A DNA stretch of 64,000 nucleotides from an uncultured Sphingomonadales bacterium (GCA_903821605.1 CAIJLZ010000018.1:13681-77680), one strand, 5' to 3'; counted from the stretch's first letter, positions 19,992 through 32,288 are shown. Notes: a model not told the origin generated them from the letters alone. Numbers and translations are program-made.

Positions 19992-20557
19992 AGGGTCACC
20001 CATTCTCCACGGATCAAGGCCGCGCTTTCCATGGCGCTCAGCGCGCGATGCAGCGCCAGTAGCTGATCTTCAGTATAGGACAAGGCGTCGCCATCCGGGG
20101 TTTCGCCGCGCCAGATATTGCGCACCAACACGTCGCGCAGTGGCTCTTTGCCGTCGATCGCGTCGCGGACTGCCGAGATGCGACCGCCGAGCAGGGCCAT
20201 CATCTTGCCGATATGCTTGCCGACGACAATGTCACCAATGCCCATTTCGCGCAGTTGGCCGTCCATATCGTCGACGAATAATTCGGTGAGGCGGGCGGCC
20301 GCTTCACCCATGGCCTCGCCATCGGCTTCGAGACGCAGGAGGACGAGCGCGGTGACGGTCGAAACCATCTCAAACCGGCCTTCCACGGTGTCCGGAACGG
20401 TGCCTTGCAGGTAGAATACCGGCAGCCGAGCATGTTGTACAATCGCCCGATAGAGGGCGACGGGGCGGTCATCCTTGCGGAAACGACCGAACAGGCGACT
20501 GAAAAACGACAAAAGCGGCCTCCGATGATGCAGCGCGTGCTTGCCTGAACGCCTCAT
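19988..20557 (-). CDS. ubiquinol-cytochrome c chaperone family protein
   Basis: The C-terminal ~175 aa (LYRAIVQHARLPVFY...RFEMVSTVTALVLLRL...LFVDDMDGQLREMGIGD) match this family. The 305-aa track ORF is over-extended across bamE. Candidate starts are the ATG at 20557 or the TTG at 20512, which is preceded by GGAGG. Confidence 0.75.
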   Translation of the reverse strand: MRRSGKHALHHRRPLLSFFSRLFGRFRKDDRPVALYRAIVQHARLPVFYLQGTVPDTVEGRFEMVSTVTALVLLRLEADGEAMGEAAARLTELFVDDMDGQLREMGIGDIVVGKHIGKMMALLGGRISAVRDAIDGKEPLRDVLVRNIWRGETPDGDALSYTEDQLLALHRALSAMESAALIRGEWVTL

Positions 20558-20632
20558 AAGCGCATATTGGACGAAAGCAATGCTGGTGCAACGGGTCGAC
20601 GCCCGAAGCGGTCCGGCGATGGAGTGTTGAAG

Positions 20633-21112
20633 ATGATCCGCAATTCCCGTTCGATCCGCTGGACGCTGGCGGCGCTTGCCGTGGCCGTGACTGCCACTGG
20701 CTGCACCCGCATTCGCGATCACAAGGGGTTTCTTGGTGATCCGGTGCTGGTGGCTGGGATCCAGCCCGGTATCGACAATCGTGATTCGGTTGAAAAGACG
20801 CTCGGCCGTCCGACCCTGGTCAGCCAGTTTGATACGAACGTCTGGTATTATGTGTCGCGCGACACCAAGCAATTGGCGTTCCGCAATCCGGCACCGTCCG
20901 GCCAATATGTGCTGGCGATCCAGTTCGACAAGACGGGCAGTGTTGCAAAAGTCGACAAGACCGGGATGGAAAAGATCGTCAGCGTCTCACCGGATGATGA
21001 ACGCACCCCGACCTTGGGCCGCGACCGTGGCTTCTTCCGCGAATTGTTCGGCAATATCGGCTCGGTCGGTGCGGTCGGCGAGGGCGGCGGCACGGCCGAC
21101 AATCCGAACTGA
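20633..21112 (+). CDS. bamE: outer membrane protein assembly factor BamE
   Basis: MIRNSRSIRWTLAALAVAVTATGC lipobox, then an SmpA/OmlA-like core (GIQPGIDNRDSVEKTLGRPTLV...WYYV). Confidence 0.8.
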   Translation: MIRNSRSIRWTLAALAVAVTATGCTRIRDHKGFLGDPVLVAGIQPGIDNRDSVEKTLGRPTLVSQFDTNVWYYVSRDTKQLAFRNPAPSGQYVLAIQFDKTGSVAKVDKTGMEKIVSVSPDDERTPTLGRDRGFFRELFGNIGSVGAVGEGGGTADNPN

Positions 21113-21144
21113 TCTGCGGCTCAATTGGGGCTTGGTCTGACAAC

Positions 21145-21978
21145 ATGGAAGATATGTCTGCGCTTTTGACGCGCGTTGCCGATGCGCTTGACCGCATGGC
21201 GCCACCGGTCTTGGCGATGGCTGATCCGGCTATGGCGCCTGCCTATGTCTGGCGGCAGGGCGTGTTGACGGCGACGACGCATTTTCGCCCGTTGCCGCTG
21301 GATGTTCTGACCGGCATCGATCAGCAGAAGCAGATTTTGCTTGAAAATACCCGGCGTCTTGCTGCGGGCCATGCGGCGCATGATGCGCTGCTCTGGGGAT
21401 CGCGCGGCATGGGCAAGTCGGCAATGGTCAAGGCCGTGGTTGCGGACTGCCGCAAAGCCGGCAGCGACATTGCCTTGATCGAGGTCTCTGCCGATTCGCT
21501 CTCTAGCCTGCCCGCATTATTTCGCCTGATCGGCGGCATGGAGCGACGCTTTGTGCTGTTCTTGGACGATATTGGTTTCGAAGAGCAAAGCCCTGCGCCC
21601 CGCTTGTTGCGTTCACTGCTGGAAGGCGGTGCCGAGGCCCGACCCGCCAATGCGCGGCTTTATGTCACGGCGAACCGGCGCAACATTGTCCATCGTGACA
21701 TGCGCGAGCAGGACGATCCGATCAACATGCGCGACGTGGTGGATGACCGGTTGGCGCTGGCGGATCGCTTCGGCTTGAGCCTTGGCTTTCACGCCTGTGA
21801 TCAGGATCATTATGTCGCGATGGTGGCGGGCTATGCCCAGCGCCTTGGCCTCGTTTTCGACCCGCTGGATGCTATTCAATGGGCGACCCAGCGCGGTGCC
21901 CGGTCGGGCCGGATCGCGTGGCATTATGTGCAGGAACTGGCCGGACGTGCCGGGCGGAGCGTCGACGGGTTGGAATAA
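21145..21978 (+). CDS. DUF815-type AAA ATPase
   Basis: 277 aa with P-loop LLWGSRGMGKSAMVKA and a Walker B-like FVLFLDDIGF. Confidence 0.7.
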   Translation: MEDMSALLTRVADALDRMAPPVLAMADPAMAPAYVWRQGVLTATTHFRPLPLDVLTGIDQQKQILLENTRRLAAGHAAHDALLWGSRGMGKSAMVKAVVADCRKAGSDIALIEVSADSLSSLPALFRLIGGMERRFVLFLDDIGFEEQSPAPRLLRSLLEGGAEARPANARLYVTANRRNIVHRDMREQDDPINMRDVVDDRLALADRFGLSLGFHACDQDHYVAMVAGYAQRLGLVFDPLDAIQWATQRGARSGRIAWHYVQELAGRAGRSVDGLE

Positions 21979-22007
21979 ACGCCCGCGCCCGCGCGGCCAT
22001 GGCCTGT

Positions 22008-22319
22008 TTAGGCGGGGCGCGTGCCTCGCACGCATGTCATCGGCAGCAGGCCGTAAAGATGAGGAAATAACGCCCCACCGCGTGAGATTTCCCAGCGCAC
22101 CACATCACCAAGCGCTGCCAAATCAACCTCGACAATCACCAGCCCGGGTTGACCGGCAAAATGCTTGTCCAGCGTGCCTTGTACCTGATCATTAGCGGAT
22201 AGGTGGATATAGCCATCGGCCACATCCACCGGCGCGCCGTGGAAGACCCCGGTGCGCTGGAACTCGGTCCATTGCGCCGGGGTCATGATCTTAAATGCGG
22301 TGGTCGCGTGGTCCGCCAT
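22008..22319 (-). CDS. DUF952 domain protein
   Basis: 103 aa (FKIMTPAQWTEFQRTG...DGYIHLS...FPHLYG), characteristic of DUF952. Confidence 0.7.
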   Translation of the reverse strand: MADHATTAFKIMTPAQWTEFQRTGVFHGAPVDVADGYIHLSANDQVQGTLDKHFAGQPGLVIVEVDLAALGDVVRWEISRGGALFPHLYGLLPMTCVRGTRPA

Positions 22320-22324
22320 GCCGA

Positions 22325-25012
<2,688 letters not shown>

Positions 25013-25102
25013 TTTTTCACTTTCAGGCTGCTTAAAATGCGTGGGTCGACCCTAGCGGGGACATCCCGAAAAGGCCAGCATTAATGCAAGTTTTCCACAG
25101 CT

Positions 25103-25810
25103 TCAGGGCGCGATTTCAACCCCGTCCCAAGCAAAGCACTTGCCGCTGTCGACCGGCCTTAGTCCATCCAGCACATCCAGCAGCTGGACGGCGGCACGAT
25201 CCGCGGAAAATAGCTGTCCGGCGGGGACGTTGGACTGGAATGGTTTGCTGAGGCCGGTGTCCACCGTGCCGGGGTGCAACGTGACGCAAATCGAGCGTTT
25301 ATGGGTGCGTGCCAGCTCAATCGACATGGTGCGGATCAACTGGTTCAACGCGGCCTTGGCGGCGCGATAGCTGTGCCAGCCCCCCATGCGATTGTCGGAA
25401 ATACTGCCGACTCGTGCCGACAACGCGGCAAATATGCTGCGCTCGTCGCGGGGCAACAGGGGCATGAAGTGCTTGGCAACGATCGCCGGGCCGACACTGT
25501 TGACCGCGAAGTTGCGGAGCATCCAATCGGGATCAAGGCGCGCATTGGCCTTTTCCGGCCCGCGTTCGCCATCATGCAACAGGCCGGTCGCGACAATCAC
25601 CAGTTCGAGCGGCTTGCCCGCCAGTTTCGACTGGACCAGTTCTGCGGCAGCGCGGACGCTCGCTTCATCGGTGATATCGAGCGCGAACGGGGCGGGCAGG
25701 GTGCGGGCAAAGCGCAGCACCTGACTGAAATGGCCCTCTTCCTCCAGCGCATCGGCCAGCGCCGCACCGATCCCGCCGGACGCGCCGATGATGACAGCGG
25801 TACCAGCCAT
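25103..25810 (-). CDS. SDR family oxidoreductase
   Basis: VIIGASGGIGAA cofactor motif and YRAAKAAL (YxxxK). Confidence 0.8.
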   Translation of the reverse strand: MAGTAVIIGASGGIGAALADALEEEGHFSQVLRFARTLPAPFALDITDEASVRAAAELVQSKLAGKPLELVIVATGLLHDGERGPEKANARLDPDWMLRNFAVNSVGPAIVAKHFMPLLPRDERSIFAALSARVGSISDNRMGGWHSYRAAKAALNQLIRTMSIELARTHKRSICVTLHPGTVDTGLSKPFQSNVPAGQLFSADRAAVQLLDVLDGLRPVDSGKCFAWDGVEIAP

Positions 25811-26568
25811 CAGCCCTTCACAAACCGCCAGCTTGTCTCATCTGACCCTGAAGGGTCGAAGGCATAGCCATCGCTGTCGAATTGCTTGACCGCCTCCAGC
25901 GTGCCCAGCCGATGTTCGCAGACATAGCGCGCCATCATGCCACGCGCCTTTTTCGCACCGAAGCTGTTGAAGCGCAGGCCCTTGGGCCCCTGTTCCTTGA
26001 AGTCGATGGTCACGATGCGCGTGCCCTTGGGGGGATGGGACGCCACCGCGCCCCAATATTCCTGGCTGGCGAGGTTGAGCACCTCATGCGAGCCGTCGTC
26101 GGCCGCATCCTTGCCAAGTTGTTCGGCAAGCTTCGTTCCCCAAAAGTCATAAAGCGTCTTATAAGATGCCGGTCCCCAGCGCGTGCCCATTTCAAGGCGA
26201 TAGGGCTTCATCGCGTCGAGCGGCCGCAACAGGCCGTAAAGACCCGACAGGATGCGGACGTGGCTCTGGGCAAAGTCGATGGCCTCTTCCGGCAGGCTTT
26301 TGGCCTCGAATCCGGAATAGACATCGCCGGCAAAGGCGAAGAGCGCGGGGCGTTCCGGTTGCTCATCAAAGCGATGGTAACGTTCGGCATTGAGCGCGGC
26401 GAGCTTGTCCGAAATGTGCATCAATGTGCCAAGTTCCGCTGCCGACAGTTTTGCGGCCCCGGCAGCCAGCGTCGCGGTCTCATTCGGGAAGCGGGGCAAG
26501 GTGACCTCAAGATCGGGCAGCGCCGACTTGTAATCCAGTGTCTTGGCGGGTGAGAGGGTGATAATCAT
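25810..26568 (-). CDS. yaaA: peroxide stress protein YaaA (UPF0246)
   Basis: MIITLSPAKTLDY... is the canonical YaaA N-terminus. The track ORF (to 26673) is over-extended. The stop shares one base with the SDR start. Confidence 0.8.
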   Translation of the reverse strand: MIITLSPAKTLDYKSALPDLEVTLPRFPNETATLAAGAAKLSAAELGTLMHISDKLAALNAERYHRFDEQPERPALFAFAGDVYSGFEAKSLPEEAIDFAQSHVRILSGLYGLLRPLDAMKPYRLEMGTRWGPASYKTLYDFWGTKLAEQLGKDAADDGSHEVLNLASQEYWGAVASHPPKGTRIVTIDFKEQGPKGLRFNSFGAKKARGMMARYVCEHRLGTLEAVKQFDSDGYAFDPSGSDETSWRFVKG

Positions 26569-26805
26569 GGTTGGCATTGCTACCAATGCGGTGGCGCTTG
26601 GCCAAGGGTTAAATGCCAAGGTTGAACGCCAAGGGTGAAGGCCGTGCAGCCCGCATGGCAGCTTGCGTTCCATTCAAGCTGTATTCACTGGTGCGATGAC
26701 ATGTGGGTGGGAAGCGTTCTTGTCACTTGTCTGCCGGAACCGGGCGTTATAGGTCAGGCGACGTGAGCAACATCGGGCGGCAGGGCCGTCGCATTGGGAG
26801 AATGA

Positions 26806-28044
26806 ATGGTGAAGAAGGCAATTTCGTCTTTGGCGCTTGGTCTGGCGCTGGTGGTCGGCGGCACGGCGACCGTCGCGGTGGCCCCTGCCGTTGCGAAGGA
26901 AAAGCCGGCCAAGGCCCCGAATTTCAAGCTGGGCACCAAGGTGCGCGAAGCTCTGATGCCGATCCAGAAGGCGCTGGCGGAAAACAAAATTGATGAGGCG
27001 CGTGCTGCGCTAGCCATCGCCGATGCAGCGGCAACCACGGGCGACGAAAAATTCGTCGTGGGTCAGTATTTCTTGCAGGCGGGCGGCAAAGCAAATGACT
27101 CGGAATTGCAGGCCAAGGGCATTGATCTGATGATCGATAGCGGCAGTGCACCGGCGGATATGCTGAGCCCGCTCTATCAGAACCGTGGCAGCATGGCCTA
27201 TCAGAAGAAGGACTATGTCAAGGCGGAAGCCGCGTTCGCCAAGCTGACGGAACTGAACCCGTCGGATGGCGGCATGATGATCAGCCTTGGCGAATTGCAG
27301 TATCGCAACGGCAAAACCGATATTGCCTTGCAGACCATCGCCCGCGCGATTGCGGTGAAGGAAGCGACCGGCGCACCGGCTGAACAGGCATGGTATCAGC
27401 GCGGCCTGTCGATTGCGGCCGACAAGAAGCTGGTCCCGGAAGTGATCCGCTATGGCAAGCTGCTCGTCGCTGCCTATCCGACGCCGCAGAACTGGCGCGA
27501 CTCGACGGAACTTTATCTCCAGTTGGTGAAGCTCGATCCGCAGACCTCGCTTGATCTGTTCCGCCTGCGCTTTGATACCAAGTCGCTGATGGGCGAGCGC
27601 GATTGGTATGAATATGCCGAAACCACCAACGCCCGTGGTCTGCCGGGTGAAACCGCGACAACGCTTGAGGCGGGCATGGCCAATGGCATGCTGCCGAAAG
27701 ACAGCCGCGCGATTGCCGAGTTGAAGGCTGATGCCGCCAGCCGGGTTGCCGCCGATAAGGCGGGCCTTGCCGGGTCGGAAGCCCGCGCCAAGTCCTCGCC
27801 GGACGGCAAGACCGCCAAGGGTACGGCGGATGCATGGCTCGGCTATGGCAATAATGCCAAGGCCATCGAACTCTATCGGCTGGCCGCGACCAAGGGCAAT
27901 GTCGATATGAACGAGCTGAATACTCGGCTTGGCATCGCCTTGCTGCGCTCGGGCGACAAGCCTGCGGCAATCGAGGCGTTCAAGCAGGTGACCGGCCCGC
28001 GTGCCGATGTCGCCAGCTATTGGGCGATCCTCGCGACCAAATAA
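26806..28044 (+). CDS. secreted TPR-repeat protein, function unknown
   Basis: Signal peptide MVKKAISSLALGLALVVGGTATVAVAPAVA, then TPR-like repeats (YQKKDYVKAEAAFAKLTELNP...). GGGAGAA lies upstream of the ATG. Confidence 0.6.
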   Translation: MVKKAISSLALGLALVVGGTATVAVAPAVAKEKPAKAPNFKLGTKVREALMPIQKALAENKIDEARAALAIADAAATTGDEKFVVGQYFLQAGGKANDSELQAKGIDLMIDSGSAPADMLSPLYQNRGSMAYQKKDYVKAEAAFAKLTELNPSDGGMMISLGELQYRNGKTDIALQTIARAIAVKEATGAPAEQAWYQRGLSIAADKKLVPEVIRYGKLLVAAYPTPQNWRDSTELYLQLVKLDPQTSLDLFRLRFDTKSLMGERDWYEYAETTNARGLPGETATTLEAGMANGMLPKDSRAIAELKADAASRVAADKAGLAGSEARAKSSPDGKTAKGTADAWLGYGNNAKAIELYRLAATKGNVDMNELNTRLGIALLRSGDKPAAIEAFKQVTGPRADVASYWAILATK

Positions 28045-28065
28045 GCGGGTCTCATCCGCTGCAAA

Positions 28066-28098
28066 GGGCCTCCGAAGCATCGCTTCGGGGGCCTTTTT
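28066..28098 (+). terminator. intrinsic terminator after the TPR gene
   Basis: GGGCCTCCGAAGC-atc-GCTTCGGGGGCC followed by TTTTTG. Confidence 0.7.
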
Positions 28099-28134
28099 GT
28101 GGGTGGTTGGCGGCTGATAGCGGCCGGGGCATCT

Positions 28135-28617
28135 TTACGCCGTGGTGATGGGAATGCCGCCGACATCCTTACTGGTGCGGATGGTGAGCGAGGTTTTCAC
28201 ATGCGCCACGCCCGGTGCGGTGGTGAGGCGCGATGTCAGCAGCGACTGGAATTCTTGCAGATCATGGGCGACGATCTTGAGGATGAAGTCGATCTCGCCG
28301 TTCAGCATATGGCATTCGACAACCTCCGGAATGGCCTGCACATGTTCTTCAAAGGCGCGTAGATCCTGCTCGGCCTGACTTTTCAGGCTGACCAGCGCGA
28401 ATACGGTGATGGTATAGCCCAGCGCGGCCCCATGCAGCCGGGCGACATAATCGCGGATCAGGCCCGCTTCCTCCAGCGCCTTCACGCGGCGCAGACAGGG
28501 TGGCGCGGTCAGGCCGACCTGACGCGCGAGCTCGATATTCGTCATTCTGCCGTCCCGTTGCAGGGCCGCCAATATTTTCCAGTCGATCTCGTCAAGCCGG
28601 GCGCGCGACGTGCCCAT
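28135..28617 (-). CDS. Lrp/AsnC family transcriptional regulator
   Basis: 160 aa: LDEIDWKILAALQRDGRMTNIELARQVGLTAPPCLRRVKALEEAGLI plus a C-terminal RAM-like domain. Confidence 0.9.
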   Translation of the reverse strand: MGTSRARLDEIDWKILAALQRDGRMTNIELARQVGLTAPPCLRRVKALEEAGLIRDYVARLHGAALGYTITVFALVSLKSQAEQDLRAFEEHVQAIPEVVECHMLNGEIDFILKIVAHDLQEFQSLLTSRLTTAPGVAHVKTSLTIRTSKDVGGIPITTA

Positions 28618-28883
28618 GGTGCCTGTCCTCTTCTTGCTGCGTGCGGTCCCGCTTTTTCACCGGACGTCGGGGGAACATATAGCTGCTTTTACCAAGGCGG
28701 CAATTGTCCCACTTTGCAACGCATTTCCATTTCGCCGCGCAAATGACTTTTCCTGAGAAGATTCCGCAGGTAACGGAATGCTGCAGGAGTATCGCTAGTG
28801 GCGTAAATGTAGCTTTGGGTCGGCATGACCCGGCATGAACACAGCTCGGGGCTGGAACAGGCCCACCGCCGCAGGGATTCAGA

Positions 28884-30710
28884 ATGGCAGTGCGATTTGA
28901 CGACCGGATTGCGACCATCACCGCGCAAGGCGCGGATGATCCGCTGGCGCGTGCCGCCATGTGGCGGCAGTTGGTCGATATTCTGGCCCAGACCAATGTC
29001 CGCGACCTGTCGCCGCTGACCCGCGATTCCGCTTATGCATTTCTTGAACAGGGCCGCCAGATCATCGACCCAACCGGGCGGCGCATGATTGCGTCCGCGC
29101 TCGGCGGGCGGCGTTTGTCGCTCGATATGGTGCGTTTCTTTGCTGCCGACCGTCCCGAGGTTGCCGCGCCGCTCTTGCTGACGGTGCGGCTTGATCCGAC
29201 AGAATGGTCCCAATTGGTGGCATCTATTGGCCCGGTCGCCCGGTCGTTGATCCGCCAGCGGCGTGATCTTGATCCTGCGGTGCGTCGCCAGCTTGACCAT
29301 TTCGGCCCGTCTGACCTGATGTTGCCGGATGACCGTGCGCCAGCAGATGCGCCAGACGCTGCGCCAGACGCGGTACTCGACCTGAGCGGGTTGGAAATCC
29401 CCGCGGCCGAGGCCGTTCCGGCGGAAGCGTTGGACATGCCGATCGAGGCGTCGGTGTCATTGGCATCGGCACCACGGCCGGTTCAAATCCGCGATCTGGT
29501 TGACCGGATCGAGCGTTTTCGCCAGCAGCGTCAAGCCACACCATTTGCGCCGCTGCCGATGGGGACGGGCCATGGGCCGGAACTGCATGACCAGTCCGGT
29601 GAAGATCTGCTGCGCCAATTTCGTTTCGAGGCCGACCATGATGGCCTGTTGCATTGGGTGGATGCGAGTGAGCGCACGCCGCTGATCGGCCTCAGCCTTG
29701 CCGAGGCGGCACCGCTGATGGGCTTTGGCGTGGACGGCCATGTCGCTGGTGCATTTGCCCGCCGTTCTGCGTTTCGCGATGGTCGGTTGCTGGTATCAGG
29801 CCGCAGCCGGGTAGGCGGGTCGTGGTGCGTTTCCGGGGTGCCGCTGTTCGATGAGGCCAGTGGCCGCTTCCGGGGCTATCGCGGCACCGCCCGGCGGCCC
29901 TATCCGCATGAACGTCAAGGCGATCAGCACGAGGCCGAGACGCCGGACCAGAGTTCAGACCCCAGCGTGGCCAACGCCGGAGACGATGCGGCCCAGATGC
30001 AGCGTCTGCGTGAATTGGTCCATGAATTGCGCACGCCGATCAATGCGATCAGTGGCTTTGGCGACATGATTCGCAGTCAGTTTTTGGGGCCGGTGCCGCG
30101 TTCCTATCGCGAACAGGCTGATGGGATTGTCCGTTCTGCCGCCGAACTGACCCAAATTCTTGAAGATCTCTCGCTGCTGGTGCGCCATCCGGCAACCGCA
30201 GTGGACCAGCCGGCGGAGACCGGGGTCGATGCTGGCGGCACAGATGGGGCCGATGTGCTGCGGCGCGTGCTGGAAGGGCATCGCGCGCAGGCGGCAGCGC
30301 GTCAGGTCGAGTTGCAGGTCGAAATCAACCGCAGCTTGCCGCCGCTGGCGGTTGACGAACAGGTGCTGGAGCGCGTGATGTCGCGGCTGCTGGGGAATCT
30401 TGTCGAACTGTGCGACGAGGGTGAGCAGATCGGCGTGGATTTCATGAGCCTGCCGCGCGCGGATGGCAGCGCATGCCTGTCGATTGCGCGGCCAGCCAAG
30501 CTGATGGGCGTGCATGCCGATGAATTGTTCGACCCGGATCGCGCCCGCGAAGGGGCGGCGGTGGATGGGCCTCGGCTCGCGCTGGGCTTCTCGCTCCACT
30601 TGCTGCGCAATGTAGCGCGCCAGTTCGGGGGCGATCTGGACATTGCCGATCATGATTTTCTCTTGATGATGCCCAGCTTGACGCCGGATCATATCGCCCG
30701 GCTGTCCTGA
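28884..30710 (+). CDS. soluble sensor histidine kinase-like protein
   Basis: 608 aa with no obvious TM helix. Has the H-box LVHELRTPINAISGFGDMI and a C-terminal ATPase-like region (LHLLRNVARQFGGDLDI). Confidence 0.7.
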   Translation: MAVRFDDRIATITAQGADDPLARAAMWRQLVDILAQTNVRDLSPLTRDSAYAFLEQGRQIIDPTGRRMIASALGGRRLSLDMVRFFAADRPEVAAPLLLTVRLDPTEWSQLVASIGPVARSLIRQRRDLDPAVRRQLDHFGPSDLMLPDDRAPADAPDAAPDAVLDLSGLEIPAAEAVPAEALDMPIEASVSLASAPRPVQIRDLVDRIERFRQQRQATPFAPLPMGTGHGPELHDQSGEDLLRQFRFEADHDGLLHWVDASERTPLIGLSLAEAAPLMGFGVDGHVAGAFARRSAFRDGRLLVSGRSRVGGSWCVSGVPLFDEASGRFRGYRGTARRPYPHERQGDQHEAETPDQSSDPSVANAGDDAAQMQRLRELVHELRTPINAISGFGDMIRSQFLGPVPRSYREQADGIVRSAAELTQILEDLSLLVRHPATAVDQPAETGVDAGGTDGADVLRRVLEGHRAQAAARQVELQVEINRSLPPLAVDEQVLERVMSRLLGNLVELCDEGEQIGVDFMSLPRADGSACLSIARPAKLMGVHADELFDPDRAREGAAVDGPRLALGFSLHLLRNVARQFGGDLDIADHDFLLMMPSLTPDHIARLS

Positions 30711-30787
30711 TCGCGGCGACGATCAGCCTTCATCGTCATTTGTTAACGCCTGCCGCTTAGGCTTATCCCGTCCGCTGTGATGGGCGT

Positions 30788-31891
30788 GTGGCAGGGTATG
30801 TTGCGGTGTATTGGCGTAACGAGTTCAACGATTGCCGGGATGATGCGGCGGGGCGCGACGCCCGGTCCGGTTTTGGCGCGGGTCGGCTTGATCTGCCGCC
30901 CGATGCCCGCTCCCTATGGCAGCCCCGACCGGCATTCGGCCAGCGCTTCATGGTGTTTGTCGACACCGCCGAACCGTTCGACCGCCGCCGCCCGGTGCGA
31001 CGTCCGGGCCATGCCACGGCGGTGTTGCAATATTTGGCGGAAGGGCAAAAACGCATGGCGGCGCATGGCGTCTGCCCGGTCTATCTGGTCGATTATCCGG
31101 TGGCGGAATCGGCGCATGGGCCGGATCTGATCGGGCCTTGGCTCGACGCCGGACAAGCGCATATCGGGGCGCAACTCCATCCGTGGTCCAATCCGCCGTT
31201 TCGTGAAGAATTCAACGAACACAATAGCTTTTTGCGTAATCTTTCCGTTTCACTTGAACGGATGAAGCTGCGGATGTTGACCGGGCGCATCGATGCCAAC
31301 TTTGGCGTGCGTCCGGTCTGCTTCCGGGCCGGGCGGGGTGGGATCGGCCCGGCGAGCGCGATGTTGTTGAATGAGGCCGGTTATCGGATTGATGCATCGG
31401 TTCGACCCTATTTCAGCCAACGCTGGGCCGGTGGCCCGAATTTTTTCGACCATCCGGCCCGACCTTATTGGGCCGGACCCAAGGGGCAGTTGCTTGAAAT
31501 CCCCGCGAGCGCGACGATTGTCGGGCGGTGGCAGCATTATGCCCTGCCATGGTATCGCGGCGCTGCACGCTTGCCGTTGCTCCGCCGCTTGCTGGCGCGC
31601 TGCGGCCTTGCCGAGCGAGTGGCGCTGACGCCGGAAAGCACAGATATCAACAAGGCGCTGGAGGCGGTGCGCATCCTGTATGGCGAGGGATTGCCGCTGT
31701 TCAACCTGTCTTATCAGGCGCTGTCATTGAACCCCGGCCATTTGCCATATGTCCGCGATGCGACCGATCTGCGCCATTTTCATCGATGGTGGGGCAGCAT
31801 GTTCGGGCTGCTGGCCGCATTGGGCGTGCGTCCCATCGGGCAGGATGAGCTACTGGCCTTTATCGATGCACGCGATCAGGACTTGCGATAG
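30788..31891 (+). CDS. polysaccharide deacetylase-like (WalW-like) protein
   Basis: FMVFVDTAEPFD...HPWSNPPF...FRAGRGGIG pattern recalled from WalW-type deacetylase-fold proteins. The start codon is uncertain. Confidence 0.5.
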   Translation: MAGYVAVYWRNEFNDCRDDAAGRDARSGFGAGRLDLPPDARSLWQPRPAFGQRFMVFVDTAEPFDRRRPVRRPGHATAVLQYLAEGQKRMAAHGVCPVYLVDYPVAESAHGPDLIGPWLDAGQAHIGAQLHPWSNPPFREEFNEHNSFLRNLSVSLERMKLRMLTGRIDANFGVRPVCFRAGRGGIGPASAMLLNEAGYRIDASVRPYFSQRWAGGPNFFDHPARPYWAGPKGQLLEIPASATIVGRWQHYALPWYRGAARLPLLRRLLARCGLAERVALTPESTDINKALEAVRILYGEGLPLFNLSYQALSLNPGHLPYVRDATDLRHFHRWWGSMFGLLAALGVRPIGQDELLAFIDARDQDLR

Positions 31892-31931
31892 CCACGGCGC
31901 TCGCGCTATCGGGACGGAACGCTGGCCAGAG

Positions 31932-32007
31932 GGGCCTGTAGCTCAATGGTTAGAGCAGGCCGCTCATAACGGCTTGGTTGGGGGTTCGAGTCCCTCCGGG
32001 CCTACCA
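31932..32007 (+). tRNA. tRNA with anticodon CAT; probably tRNA-Ile2 (lysidine-modified) rather than tRNA-Met
   Basis: 76-nt cloverleaf: acceptor GGGCCTG/CGGGCCT, anticodon stem-loop GGCCG-CTCATAA-CGGCT, T-arm GGGGG-TTCGAGT-CCCTC, and an encoded CCA. It has C4-G69, C5-G68 and G27-U43 like E. coli ileX, and it lacks the three G-C pairs of an initiator tRNA. Confidence 0.9.
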
Positions 32008-32090
32008 GCGCGGTGTTTGCGATGCTCACTTGTTGCGCCCCTCGTTTGCGCGCCGTGTTGGCGTCGCGTTCATTACACGCCTGCCTGTTC

Positions 32091-32225
32091 TCCCACGTTC
32101 GTCATGCTGAACTTGTTTCAGCATCGCTTGGGCAATGGTGCGCCGGATCCTGAACCAAGTTCAGGATGACGAAGGTCTTGGGAGGGGCTGGGAGGGTCTG
32201 CTATGGGGCTGAGGAGGGGCGGTAG
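32091..32225. repeat. REP/MITE-like palindromic element, copy 2
   Basis: CTCCCACGTTCGTCATGCTGAACTTGTTTCAGCATCG ... GGATCCTGAACCAAGTTCAGGATGACGAAGGTCTTGGGAGGGG plus a G-rich tail. Same architecture as 19277-19455. Confidence 0.8.
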
Positions 32226-32288
32226 GTGCAACCGACCAACCGGCCACAGGAACTCGCCTCCATATAACACCAACACCCGTGCCGGTCG

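Noticed and set aside
20558-20905. N-terminal extension of the 305-aa ORF for the ubiquinol-cytochrome c chaperone gene, overlapping bamE.
   Set aside because: The family-like sequence begins only after about residue 130. The extension overlaps the well-supported divergent bamE gene and its promoter region.
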